The position numbers and the translations under genes are program-made. Below, one piece after another: positions 18,719 to 27,890 of a stretch of DNA of 64,000 nt (the stretch's first letter is position 1; each line of letters starts with the position of its first letter). The DNA is from Candidatus Moraniibacteriota bacterium (GTDB taxonomy: Bacteria > Patescibacteriota > Minisyncoccia > Moranbacterales > GWC2-37-73), in assembly GCA_003507445.1 (NCBI GenBank), contig DNVR01000019.1:206132-270131 (forward strand), written 5' to 3'. The notes beneath the pieces were generated by a model. It was given only the letters and a program-made list of their open reading frames with translations, was not told the origin of the DNA and ran no database searches.

Positions 18719-20452
18719 ATGGACATATATCTGACGAGCCTTGAAGCTTGCGGTGAGGCAGTGGCAGAAGCATCAAAATTGCTTTATTATTCTCATGTGC
18801 CAACAGCCCTGGTGGCCTTGTTAATTGGGACGTTTGTTTTTTTTAAGGATAAAAAAAGTTTGATTAGCAAATTGTTGCTTTTGATAACAATATTTTTTTC
18901 ATTATGGTCTTTGGCTGATATTACTGTTTGGTTGTTTTATGATAGCAGTAATGTTGTGATGTTTGCATGGTCATTTTTTGGTTTTTTGTATCTCTCTATA
19001 TATGTATTAAGTCTGTATTTTTTTTATGTCTTTATTGAAAAGAAAGATCTGTCTATTCACAAAAAAATAGTGTTATTGTTGATATTGTTGCCAACTATTT
19101 TGTTTTTGCCAACTAGATTTAATCTTGGAGGATTCGATGGGACTGCCTGCGAAGCTTTTGAAGGTCAATATTTTACAAATTATTATTATTTGGCAAGCCT
19201 GGTGATTTTTTTATGGATTTTTTTATTGTCTCTTATAAAAATAAAAAAAGCTGAACAAGGCGAAAAAAGACAAATAATATTTCTTACTATAGGTATTGAA
19301 TTTTTTCTGTTTCTTTTTTTGAGCACGGGTTTCATTGTGAGTTATTTAAATGAAAAAGGTATAATAGAAAATTATAATTTTGAGCAGTATGGCTTGTTTG
19401 GAATGCCTATTTTTCTGGGGTTTCTTGCTTATCTTATTGTTAAATTTGGGGCATTCCATATTAAGCTTGTCGGAGCTCAAGCTCTAGTACTGTCGCTCGT
19501 TGCTCTTGTTGCTTCTCAATTTTTCTTTGCTCAGAATCTTACTAGCAATGTTTTGACAGGTGTAACATTGGTAATTGTAGGTGGAATTGGGATAGCATTG
19601 ATCCGTAGTGTAAAACACGAAGTTGAACGTAAAGAACAGCTTCAAGAAATGGCAACAAGGTTGGCGCAAGCGAATGATCAGCTTAGGACATTGGACAATG
19701 CAAAGACGGAGTTTATTTCGATTGCGTCGCATCAATTGCGCACACCAATCACGGCAATTAAGGGTTTTTCTTCGCTTTTGCTAGAAGGATCATATGGAGA
19801 AGTAAGTGAGAGTGTGCATGGTGCGCTGGAAAAAGTGTATTCTTCGGCAGAACGCTTGGTAAATTTGGTTGAGGATCTTTTAAATGTTTCGCGCATCGAA
19901 TCTGGCAGAATGCAATTTACTTTTGAAAAAGCTAGCGTTGAAAAACTGATCAAGGAGCTTTATGACAATTTTATTTTGATTGCTAAAAACAAAAAGCTTT
20001 ATTTGGATATTAAGTTGCCTGAAAATCCTTTGCCGGAGATTGTGATGGATTATTCCAAGATTCGAGAATTGGTTTCCAATTTTATTGATAATGCGCTTAA
20101 ATATACTGAAAAAGGAGGAGCAACAGTCAAAGCTGAACTTAGAGAAGAAGGTGTTGTGATTGATGAGAACGGGTTTGTTATTGTTGGAAAAAAATCGGAA
20201 TTTGGAACAATGATTCGTATCACAGTTTCCGACACCGGCATCGGCATTCCAAAAGAGGAAATCCCATATCTTTTCAAAAAGTTTTCTCGTGGCAAGGATG
20301 TGTCACGTCTTCACGTCGGTGGCACCGGCTTGGGACTATATGTCGGCAAAGCCATCGCCGAAACACACCACGGCCAAGTCTGGGTTGAATCTGATGGCGC
20401 CGGCAAGGGTTCAAGATTTATTATTGAAATACCGGTAGAGCATATATCATAA
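18719..20452 (+). CDS. sensor histidine kinase with multi-TM N-terminal sensor
   Basis: 577 aa; about 7 TM helices, coiled-coil, H-box SHQLRTPITAIKG, HATPase N/G boxes (NALKYT, DTGIGIP, GGTGLGL). Confidence 0.8.
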   Translation: MDIYLTSLEACGEAVAEASKLLYYSHVPTALVALLIGTFVFFKDKKSLISKLLLLITIFFSLWSLADITVWLFYDSSNVVMFAWSFFGFLYLSIYVLSLYFFYVFIEKKDLSIHKKIVLLLILLPTILFLPTRFNLGGFDGTACEAFEGQYFTNYYYLASLVIFLWIFLLSLIKIKKAEQGEKRQIIFLTIGIEFFLFLFLSTGFIVSYLNEKGIIENYNFEQYGLFGMPIFLGFLAYLIVKFGAFHIKLVGAQALVLSLVALVASQFFFAQNLTSNVLTGVTLVIVGGIGIALIRSVKHEVERKEQLQEMATRLAQANDQLRTLDNAKTEFISIASHQLRTPITAIKGFSSLLLEGSYGEVSESVHGALEKVYSSAERLVNLVEDLLNVSRIESGRMQFTFEKASVEKLIKELYDNFILIAKNKKLYLDIKLPENPLPEIVMDYSKIRELVSNFIDNALKYTEKGGATVKAELREEGVVIDENGFVIVGKKSEFGTMIRITVSDTGIGIPKEEIPYLFKKFSRGKDVSRLHVGGTGLGLYVGKAIAETHHGQVWVESDGAGKGSRFIIEIPVEHIS

Positions 20453-20466
20453 AACATATAACATGT

Positions 20467-20988
20467 ATGAAAATTATTAAAACTAAAAGATTTATTTTAA
20501 GACCAATGGTTTTGAAAGATGCAAAAGATATTGCAAGAAATATTAATAATTGGAATGTTATTAAAAATCTATCACAGTTGCCTTTTCCGTATGAGCTCAA
20601 ACATGCAAAGCAATTTGCTAGAAGAAAAGAGATGGAAATGAAAAAGGAAAAGCCAGAAGATTATGTTATGATGATTGAAATTGACGGAGAGGTTGTGGGT
20701 GCTGTTGGTGCACATAAAATTGTGCACGGGCATAAGGCGGAGATTGGTTATTGGTTGGCTGAAAAACACTGGGGGAAAGGAATTATGCCTGAAGCAGTGA
20801 AAAAATTTATGACTCATATTTTTTCCGAGTTTAGGCTTCGTCGCATTTGTGCTTTTGCTCATGCTGACAATGTTAAATCAATGAATGTTATGAAAAAAGT
20901 TGGTATGCAATTTGAGGGAATCCATAAAAAATATACAATTAAAGATGGAAAATACATAGACTGTCACATGTATGCCAAGGTTAAATGA
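20467..20988 (+). CDS. GNAT-family N-acetyltransferase (RimJ/RimL-like)
   Basis: 173 aa; acetyl-CoA motif VGAVG...GKGI, YWLAEKHWGKGIMPEA. Confidence 0.7.
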   Translation: MKIIKTKRFILRPMVLKDAKDIARNINNWNVIKNLSQLPFPYELKHAKQFARRKEMEMKKEKPEDYVMMIEIDGEVVGAVGAHKIVHGHKAEIGYWLAEKHWGKGIMPEAVKKFMTHIFSEFRLRRICAFAHADNVKSMNVMKKVGMQFEGIHKKYTIKDGKYIDCHMYAKVK

Positions 20989-21000
20989 ATATCTTAATCA

Positions 21001-21029
21001 AAAAACAGCCTTTTAATGAGGCTGTTTTT
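21001..21029 (+). terminator. rho-independent terminator
   Basis: aaaacagcc-ttttaatga-ggctgttttt. Confidence 0.6.
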
Positions 21030-21104
21030 GCTTGCAATAAAGCAAAAATTTGATACAATAGATTTATGAACCTTATAACTTTATGAACTTTATAACTGAC
21101 CCAT

Positions 21105-22346
21105 ATGAAACAATCACAACTTTTTACTAAAACTAAAAAAGATGCGCCATCTGATGAAGTTGCCAAAAATGCACAGCTGTTGATTCGGGCTGGTTTTATT
21201 CATAAGGAAATGGCGGGCGTATATGCATATATGCCACTTGGTCTTAGGGTTCTTGAAAATATTAAAAAAATTGTTCGCGAAGAAATGAACGGTGTTGGTG
21301 GACAAGAGCTTATGATGACAACACTTCAGCCTAAGGAGATTTGGGAAAAAACTGATCGTTGGGATGATGCCAAGGTGGACAATTGGTTTAAAACCAAACT
21401 TGTAAATGGGACAGAGCTTGGAGTAGGGTTGACCCATGAAGAACCAATTGTGGACGCTGTTAGCAATTATCTTGGTTCATATAAAGATATGCCTTTTGCT
21501 GTGTATCAGATTCAAAATAAATTTAGAAATGAAAAACGTGCCAAAAGTGGACTTTTGCGAGGTCGCGAATTTTTGATGAAGGATATGTATACTTTTTCTC
21601 GTGATCAAAAGCAGCATGAAGAGGAATATGAAAAAATCGTAAAAGCTTATTTCCGAGTGTATGACAGACTGGGATTGGGAGAAATCACTTATCGAACTTA
21701 TGCTGATGGCGGAATTTTCACGCCACGATTTAGTGATGAATTTCAAACATTGAGTGAGGTGGGAGAGGACAAGATATATGTTGACGAGAAAAAGAAGATT
21801 GCAATTAATGATGAAATATTCACAGATGAAAATCTTGAGAAGCTTGGACTTAAGCGCGAAGATTTGGTAGAGAAAAAAGGTGTTGAGGTTGGCAATACTT
21901 TTCATTTGGAAAGTAAATATACTGATGCTCTTGAATTATTTTACAGTGATGAAAAAGGTGAGAAGCAATCAATCATTATGGGATGTTATGGTATTGGTGT
22001 CAGTCGTTTAATGGGAGTAATCGCAGAATTATTTGCTGATGATAAAGGCTTGGTGTGGCCAGAAAATATTGCGCCATTTTCTGTGCATCTTTTGAGTTTG
22101 GGTGAAAATGAGGAGGCGGAAAAAATTTATGCGCAGCTTTTGGAAAAAGGCATTGAAGTTCTCCTTGATAACAGGGAAGTGCAAGCAGGCGAAAAATTTG
22201 CTGACAGTGATTTGATCGGAATTCCATATCGCGTCGTGATCAGTAAAAAAACTTTGGCTGCTGGCGGGATTGAAGTTAAAAAACGCAATGAAAGCGAAAG
22301 TAAGATAATGACAGTTGAGGAATTTCTGCAATTATTGAAAAAATAA
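21105..22346 (+). CDS. proS: proline--tRNA ligase (short form lacking editing insertion)
   Basis: 413 aa; N-terminal QLF...LIRAGFI...YMPLGLRVLENI, class II motifs, C-terminal anticodon-binding domain. Confidence 0.85.
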   Translation: MKQSQLFTKTKKDAPSDEVAKNAQLLIRAGFIHKEMAGVYAYMPLGLRVLENIKKIVREEMNGVGGQELMMTTLQPKEIWEKTDRWDDAKVDNWFKTKLVNGTELGVGLTHEEPIVDAVSNYLGSYKDMPFAVYQIQNKFRNEKRAKSGLLRGREFLMKDMYTFSRDQKQHEEEYEKIVKAYFRVYDRLGLGEITYRTYADGGIFTPRFSDEFQTLSEVGEDKIYVDEKKKIAINDEIFTDENLEKLGLKREDLVEKKGVEVGNTFHLESKYTDALELFYSDEKGEKQSIIMGCYGIGVSRLMGVIAELFADDKGLVWPENIAPFSVHLLSLGENEEAEKIYAQLLEKGIEVLLDNREVQAGEKFADSDLIGIPYRVVISKKTLAAGGIEVKKRNESESKIMTVEEFLQLLKK

Positions 22347-22390
22347 TTTGCAACACAAAATCCTTCGTTGTCACAGGCGGAGGATTTTAT

Positions 22391-22412
22391 GTTACGTAGC
22401 ATGCTACGTAAC
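22391..22412. repeat. tandem TACGTA palindrome element (gttacgtagc-at-gctacgtaac)
   Basis: two 10-bp self-palindromes GYTACGTARC separated by AT; 32 nt upstream of ABC ATPase gene. Confidence 0.7.
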
Positions 22413-22443
22413 ATAAAATTATTTTCTGAAAAAAAGGAATTTT

Positions 22444-23424
22444 ATGAAAAAACCAATAATTGAGGTAAAAAAATTGTGCAAGACATATGAATATGTAGAA
22501 AAAAATCCAGGGATCAAGCATTCTCTGCGAAATCTTTTTGCAAGAGAAAAAAAGCAAAAAGAAGCCGTGAAAGATGTTAGTTTCAAGATTGAAGAAGGGG
22601 AACTTGTGGGCTTTTTGGGTCCAAATGGAGCAGGTAAAACTACAACCTTAAAAATGTTGGCTGGAATTTTGACACCAACAAGTGGAGAAGTGGAAGTCTC
22701 GGGATATGAGCCGATTAAAAGACAAAAGGAATATCAAATGCAATTTGCTTTTGTGATGGGTCAAAAGATGCAACTTTGGTGGGATTTGCCACCAATGGAA
22801 AGTTTTTTGCTCAACAAAAAAATATATGAAGTTAATGATGAGGATTTTGAAAAAAATCTGTCTGAAATGATTGAGTTGCTTGATGTTGGCGGGATCGTGA
22901 ACAAACAGGTGCGTCAACTTTCTCTTGGTGAACGTATGAAATGTGAACTTATTGCTGCTCTTTTGCATAGTCCAAAAGTTCTCTTTTTGGATGAACCAAC
23001 AATTGGCTTGGATGTGGTGGCACAAAAAAAGATTCGTGATTTTATCAAAAAATATAATCAAGAAAGAAAGACCACGATCATTTTGACTTCGCATTATATG
23101 GAAGATATCGCCCAGCTTTGCAAACGCATTGTGATTATAGATATGGGAAAAATTATCTATGATGGGTCATTGGAAGATTTGATTTCAAAATATGTGCCCA
23201 ATAAAAAGATAACAATTTATTTTGAAAAAGAAGTTTCGAGAGAGGATGTGGAACAATTTGGCGCGTTGGTCGAATTTGATTTTCTTAAGCTCGTTTTTGA
23301 AATTCCACGTGAAAAGGTTAAGGATGTGGTTGGAAAAATTCTATCTTCAAATTTGGAAGTCAAAGATCTCGAAATTGATGAAGAGGATATCGAAAGTATT
23401 ATTAGAAATATTTTTACAAAATAA
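22444..23424 (+). CDS. ABC transporter ATP-binding protein (ABC-2 type)
   Basis: 326 aa; Walker A GPNGAGKTT, signature LSLGERMK, Walker B LFLDEPTIGLD. Confidence 0.85.
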   Translation: MKKPIIEVKKLCKTYEYVEKNPGIKHSLRNLFAREKKQKEAVKDVSFKIEEGELVGFLGPNGAGKTTTLKMLAGILTPTSGEVEVSGYEPIKRQKEYQMQFAFVMGQKMQLWWDLPPMESFLLNKKIYEVNDEDFEKNLSEMIELLDVGGIVNKQVRQLSLGERMKCELIAALLHSPKVLFLDEPTIGLDVVAQKKIRDFIKKYNQERKTTIILTSHYMEDIAQLCKRIVIIDMGKIIYDGSLEDLISKYVPNKKITIYFEKEVSREDVEQFGALVEFDFLKLVFEIPREKVKDVVGKILSSNLEVKDLEIDEEDIESIIRNIFTK

Positions 23425-23427
23425 CAA

Positions 23428-24219
23428 ATGGGGAAATATCTTGCGGTAGCAGCAAACAGTATAAAAAAGAATCTTGCATATCGGATGAATAATTTCATCA
23501 CGATGGTTTCAGTCTTCATTTCATTTATCGTTCTTTTTTATTTCTGGAACTCCATTTATAGGCAAGGAAATCAAATAGGAACATATTCTCTTGAAGAAAT
23601 GATTTCATATTATGTTTTTGTGACCATATTTCATTTATTGGTAATTGGTGATAACACTGCTTGGAGCGTTGGCGATGAAATAAACAATGGACAAATAACA
23701 TCCAGTGTATTAAGGCCTATAAATTATTTGAAATACAAGTTTTCCCAGCATATGGGAAATCTTGCTTATCGACTTATGATTTTTTTACCGATTATTCTGG
23801 TTGTTTTGTTTGTGCTCAGGAATTATATTACGCATGCGCAAAATTATACGACATATGCAATCTTTGCTCTCTGTGCAATGCTGAGTTATGGGTTGTATTT
23901 TTTGGTGTATTTCATTGTAGGGATAGTCGCTTTTTGGACAGCTGAAGCTAAAGGTTTTTTCTATACATGCTGGGTTGTAATCAACTTTATGCAGGGAGGA
24001 TTGATCCCATTGGATCTTTTGCCAAAATGGTTCTCATTAATTAGCGATTCTTTGCCGTTCAAATATCTGTTTTTTGTGCCAGTTAGTTTGGCATCGGGAA
24101 GAGTAAATTTCGATTATAAAATGATAGTAGTCCCAGTTTTGTGGTGCATTGGTATGTATTTTCTCGCTCAACTATTATATAAGAAAGGTTTAAAAAAATA
24201 CGAAGGATATGGTTTATAA
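23428..24219 (+). CDS. ABC-2 family transporter permease
   Basis: 263 aa; 6 predicted TM; adjacent to ABC ATPase. Confidence 0.55.
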   Translation: MGKYLAVAANSIKKNLAYRMNNFITMVSVFISFIVLFYFWNSIYRQGNQIGTYSLEEMISYYVFVTIFHLLVIGDNTAWSVGDEINNGQITSSVLRPINYLKYKFSQHMGNLAYRLMIFLPIILVVLFVLRNYITHAQNYTTYAIFALCAMLSYGLYFLVYFIVGIVAFWTAEAKGFFYTCWVVINFMQGGLIPLDLLPKWFSLISDSLPFKYLFFVPVSLASGRVNFDYKMIVVPVLWCIGMYFLAQLLYKKGLKKYEGYGL

Positions 24220-25012
24220 AAACTTTAAAAAATATTTTCTTATTTTTTTGCATTTGCAAAAAATAAATATTATGAGATGGGTGGCATATCCCGCATCATT
24301 CTTTATGAATTTCGTGGCAACCTTGTTAGTTATGATGCTTAGCATTTTATTTATAAAAGTTAATTTCGGTTATATTGATTCAATAGCAGGATGGTCATAT
24401 TATCAGGTTTTGGGCGTGGTCGGTAGCTATATGATTGTGGAGGGTATAATGTGGGTTTTATTTTCGATGCTTAATGCTATCAATGTTCATATTAAAGACG
24501 GAACACTGGATGGAATTTTGCTGAAACCAATCAATTCTCAATTCCTTGTTTCCTTTTGGAAAGGTGATCCTGAAGATAGTTTGCGCATTGTGACTGGAAT
24601 TATTTTGATAATTTTGGCTATGAGAAATACCATTGGTTTTGATTTGGGACATTTCATTTTATTTTTAATGCTCCTTATTAACGGAGTAATAGCTTTGTAT
24701 AGTTTTGATATATTCTTTCGTTCATTTTCCTTTTGGATTATTGATGGGTCTGGTCTGTGGCTTTTGATGGAAAGAATCACAATAAATTCTCAATATCCTG
24801 TTGATATTTACTATAATAAAATTGTGCGAGGAGTTTTTACTTTTATTGTCCCTCTGGCTTTTGTGGCAACAGTTCCTGCTAAGATTTTGACCAATATTGA
24901 TATTGATTGGCAATTCACTGCACTTTCATTTGTAGTGGCGTTTGTTTTTTTCTTTGGATCGCGCTGGTTCTGGGAGTTTTCCTTGAAACACTATTCAAGT
25001 GCAAGCAGCTGA
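24209..25012 (+). CDS. ABC-2 family transporter permease (second subunit)
   Basis: 267 aa; 6 predicted TM; alternative start at 24272 (MRWVAYP). Confidence 0.55.
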   Translation: MVYKNFKKYFLIFLHLQKINIMRWVAYPASFFMNFVATLLVMMLSILFIKVNFGYIDSIAGWSYYQVLGVVGSYMIVEGIMWVLFSMLNAINVHIKDGTLDGILLKPINSQFLVSFWKGDPEDSLRIVTGIILIILAMRNTIGFDLGHFILFLMLLINGVIALYSFDIFFRSFSFWIIDGSGLWLLMERITINSQYPVDIYYNKIVRGVFTFIVPLAFVATVPAKILTNIDIDWQFTALSFVVAFVFFFGSRWFWEFSLKHYSSASS

Positions 25013-25077
25013 CCCCCCGATTGCTTTTTTTGCTGATGATGGATATAATTTAGCGAATTGAATAATATATAAAAATT

Positions 25078-25956
25078 ATGGAAATTACACTTAGCCAGTA
25101 TGCTGGTTTTTGCGAGGGAGTGGAGCGGGCATATGATATTGTGGAAAAAATCGCCAAGGATCCGAAAGTAAAGAGGCCTATTTTTGTGCTGGGCTCGCTT
25201 GTTCATAATGAGGACGTGGTGGAAAAAATTGAAAAAATGGGAATTCAAAAAGTGCACGTTGAGGGTCCGCTTGAGGATTTTTTTGAAAAAATAAAAGACG
25301 AAGTTGGGACGCTCGTCATCACGTCTCACGGCATCGGACCAAGACTTTATGAGCTTGCCAAGGAATATGAAGTTCCACTGGTTGACGCCACTTGTCCGCG
25401 TGTAATTAAAGTGCAGAGATTGGCAAAAACATTTTTCGATCGGGATACTCAGATCGTTCTTATTGGCGAAAAAAATCATAAAGAAGTGAGGGGAATTTTT
25501 GAATGGGCGCAGAAAATTGCCGTGCTCATAGAAAGTGATGAGGATTTGTGCGGGCTTGTGCTTGACCCAAAAAAGAAAATCGCAGTTTTGTCGCAAACGA
25601 CACAAGATCAAGAATTTGTTGACAGAGCTGCCGCTCAAATTTCACGAAAATATCCAAAAGCAGAAGTCGTTGATTCTATTTGTTTGACCACACATCATCG
25701 CCAAACAGAAATAAAACAGTTGGCGCAAGAAAACGATGTTGTTATTGTTATCGGATCGCCAGAAAGTGCAAATTCAAAACGTCTTTGGGAAATCGCCAAG
25801 CGCGTCAATGAGTCATCATATTTTGTTCAGCGAGCTTCAGAGCTTGAAAGTAAATGGTTTGCTAATTGCAAAAAAGTGGCAGTAACCGCCGGAGCAAGCA
25901 CACCAGGGTGGATAATAGATGAGGTTATCGCAAAACTTGAAACATTGAGCACATAG
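25078..25956 (+). CDS. ispH: 4-hydroxy-3-methylbut-2-enyl diphosphate reductase
   Basis: 292 aa; GFCEGVERA N-terminal motif, conserved Cys at ~96 and ~193 (ATCPRV; DSICLTTHHRQ). Confidence 0.85.
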   Translation: MEITLSQYAGFCEGVERAYDIVEKIAKDPKVKRPIFVLGSLVHNEDVVEKIEKMGIQKVHVEGPLEDFFEKIKDEVGTLVITSHGIGPRLYELAKEYEVPLVDATCPRVIKVQRLAKTFFDRDTQIVLIGEKNHKEVRGIFEWAQKIAVLIESDEDLCGLVLDPKKKIAVLSQTTQDQEFVDRAAAQISRKYPKAEVVDSICLTTHHRQTEIKQLAQENDVVIVIGSPESANSKRLWEIAKRVNESSYFVQRASELESKWFANCKKVAVTAGASTPGWIIDEVIAKLETLST

Positions 25957-26114
25957 CATGGAACATAGGTACAAGTTGATTTTTTATGGAGAGTCTTTAT
26001 TTTTTTGTTTTATGTTTTATGTTTAGTGATCCATGATTGGGTTGCTTTTTACCCTTGAATTGGTTATACTTCAAATATTAAAAAATAGTAAAAATAACAA
26101 AAAAAGTTCAATTT

Positions 26115-26912
26115 ATGGCTAAGATAATGTTGGTGGAGGATGATCCAATGATTGCTGAAATATATCAAAAAAAATTCGAATCGGCTGGCTTTGATGTTGT
26201 TAATGCTGTGACAGGAAAAGAAGTTTTAAAATTTGCATTAGAAGACAAATTCGATCTTATTCTTTTGGATATGGTTTTGCCTGAAATGAGTGGAATGGAT
26301 GTGTTGAAAGAACTTCGCAGCAACACGCAATATGACAGCGATTTGAAAATAATCATTTTGAGCAATCTTAATAAGACTGAAAATGAAAAGGAAGCAATGG
26401 CAAATGGTGCCAATGATTTTATAGGCAAGACGCAGTTTAGTCCTTCTGAGCTTGTGGTTGAAGTGCAAAGACTTTTGAATGAATATGGAGAACAGAAAAA
26501 AAACAAACAGCGTTTGTCTAGCAAGAAAGAAGACGATGCTTGTGTTGGAAAGAAAATTCTTTTTATTGAAGATGAAGAAATTTTTTTGGAAATGTTTGGA
26601 AAAAAATTGGAAAACGAAGGGTTCTGTCTTGAATATGCCAAAAATGGTGCTTGGGGAAGTAAGCTTGCAACTGAAAACCAATACGATTTGATTATCACTG
26701 ATATGGTTATGCCTGCGATGGGTGGAGAGGAAATTATCAAGCGTCTTAAGTTGGATGACAAAACCAAAAACATTCCTATAATTGTGATTTCAGCATCATT
26801 GATCGAAGGGGATATCCAGCCGGTGCGAGATATGGGAGTGACTGATTTTTACGAAAAAACACGCCTAGTCCCCAGCGATCTTGCCCGGCGAGTAACAGAA
26901 CTGTTGAGTTAA
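26115..26912 (+). CDS. response regulator with two tandem receiver (REC) domains, no output domain
   Basis: 265 aa; REC1 VEDD...DLILLDMVLP; REC2 IEDE...DLIITDMVMP; conserved Asp/Lys positions. Confidence 0.75.
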   Translation: MAKIMLVEDDPMIAEIYQKKFESAGFDVVNAVTGKEVLKFALEDKFDLILLDMVLPEMSGMDVLKELRSNTQYDSDLKIIILSNLNKTENEKEAMANGANDFIGKTQFSPSELVVEVQRLLNEYGEQKKNKQRLSSKKEDDACVGKKILFIEDEEIFLEMFGKKLENEGFCLEYAKNGAWGSKLATENQYDLIITDMVMPAMGGEEIIKRLKLDDKTKNIPIIVISASLIEGDIQPVRDMGVTDFYEKTRLVPSDLARRVTELLS

Positions 26913-26920
26913 AAAGAAAT

Positions 26921-27676
26921 ATGAGAAAAATTATTGCGATTGGTGGTGGGGAGATAGGCAGGGCTGGTGTTAAAAATGAAACATTGGCTATTGATCGTGA
27001 AATAGTAAAACGTTCAGGAAAAGAAAATCCAAAGCTACTTTTTATTCCTACGGCTAGTGGAGATGCACTTGGGTATATTGAATCTGTTCAAAATCACTTT
27101 GGAAAGAAATTGGGATGCAAAATCGATTCACTTGAATTGATAATTAAAAAATATTCAAAAAAAGAAATTTCAGATAAAATATTAAATTCTGACATAATTT
27201 ATGTAGGAGGTGGAAACACATTGAAGATGATGAAGGTTTGGAGGAAATTCGGAGTTGATGCTTTATTGGAAAAAGCAATGAAAAAGGGTATTGTTTTGTC
27301 TGGATTGTCGGCTGGTTCTATTTGCTGGTTTCGATATGGCAACTCTGATTCTGCCAGATTTGGAAAAAACAAAGAGGCGAGTATGATTCGCGTGAAAGGT
27401 TTGAATATGATTCCAGCTCTGCATTGTCCTCATTATGATATTGAAAAGGGTCGCGAAGAATCACTTAAGGAAATGATGAAGAAAAACAGAGGAGTGGCCA
27501 TCGCGATTGATAATTGCTGCGCTATTGAAATTATTGACGATGAATATAAGATTTTGAAATCCAAAAAAACTGCCAATGCGTATAAAGTTTATTGGAAGAA
27601 TGGGAAATACTTCAAGGAGTTAATCCCAGTAAAAAAGAATTTACAATCACTAAGTGAAATATTGAATTTTTCATAA
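26921..27676 (+). CDS. peptidase S51 family (dipeptidase E/cyanophycinase-like)
   Basis: 251 aa; VGGGNT, Ser nucleophile context LSGLSAGSI, His in HCPHYD. Confidence 0.65.
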   Translation: MRKIIAIGGGEIGRAGVKNETLAIDREIVKRSGKENPKLLFIPTASGDALGYIESVQNHFGKKLGCKIDSLELIIKKYSKKEISDKILNSDIIYVGGGNTLKMMKVWRKFGVDALLEKAMKKGIVLSGLSAGSICWFRYGNSDSARFGKNKEASMIRVKGLNMIPALHCPHYDIEKGREESLKEMMKKNRGVAIAIDNCCAIEIIDDEYKILKSKKTANAYKVYWKNGKYFKELIPVKKNLQSLSEILNFS

Positions 27677-27890
27677 CAGTAGAAGCAAAAGAAGATCAAA
27701 AATACTATATTTGTGAATATAAAGAATAATATTGAAGGTGCTGAGACGATTTCCCTCGCGGAATTGCCTTTTTTGGTATATTGAGCTACAATCTCTAGGT
27801 AGATTAGGGGTTATATTAATATATATAATGAATAAAATGTGGTTGGTATTGAAATGTTTTGTTTCAAAATCAAACGTTAAAAGCTGAATT

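Noticed and set aside
22127-22414. ORFs beginning MLRSMLRN (22127..22414 minus, and the 33107 start of the GNAT ORF)
   Set aside because: The shared peptide is produced by reading through the TACGTA tandem palindrome. The real GNAT start is MEIVIRK at 33143, and the minus ORF lies antisense inside proS.
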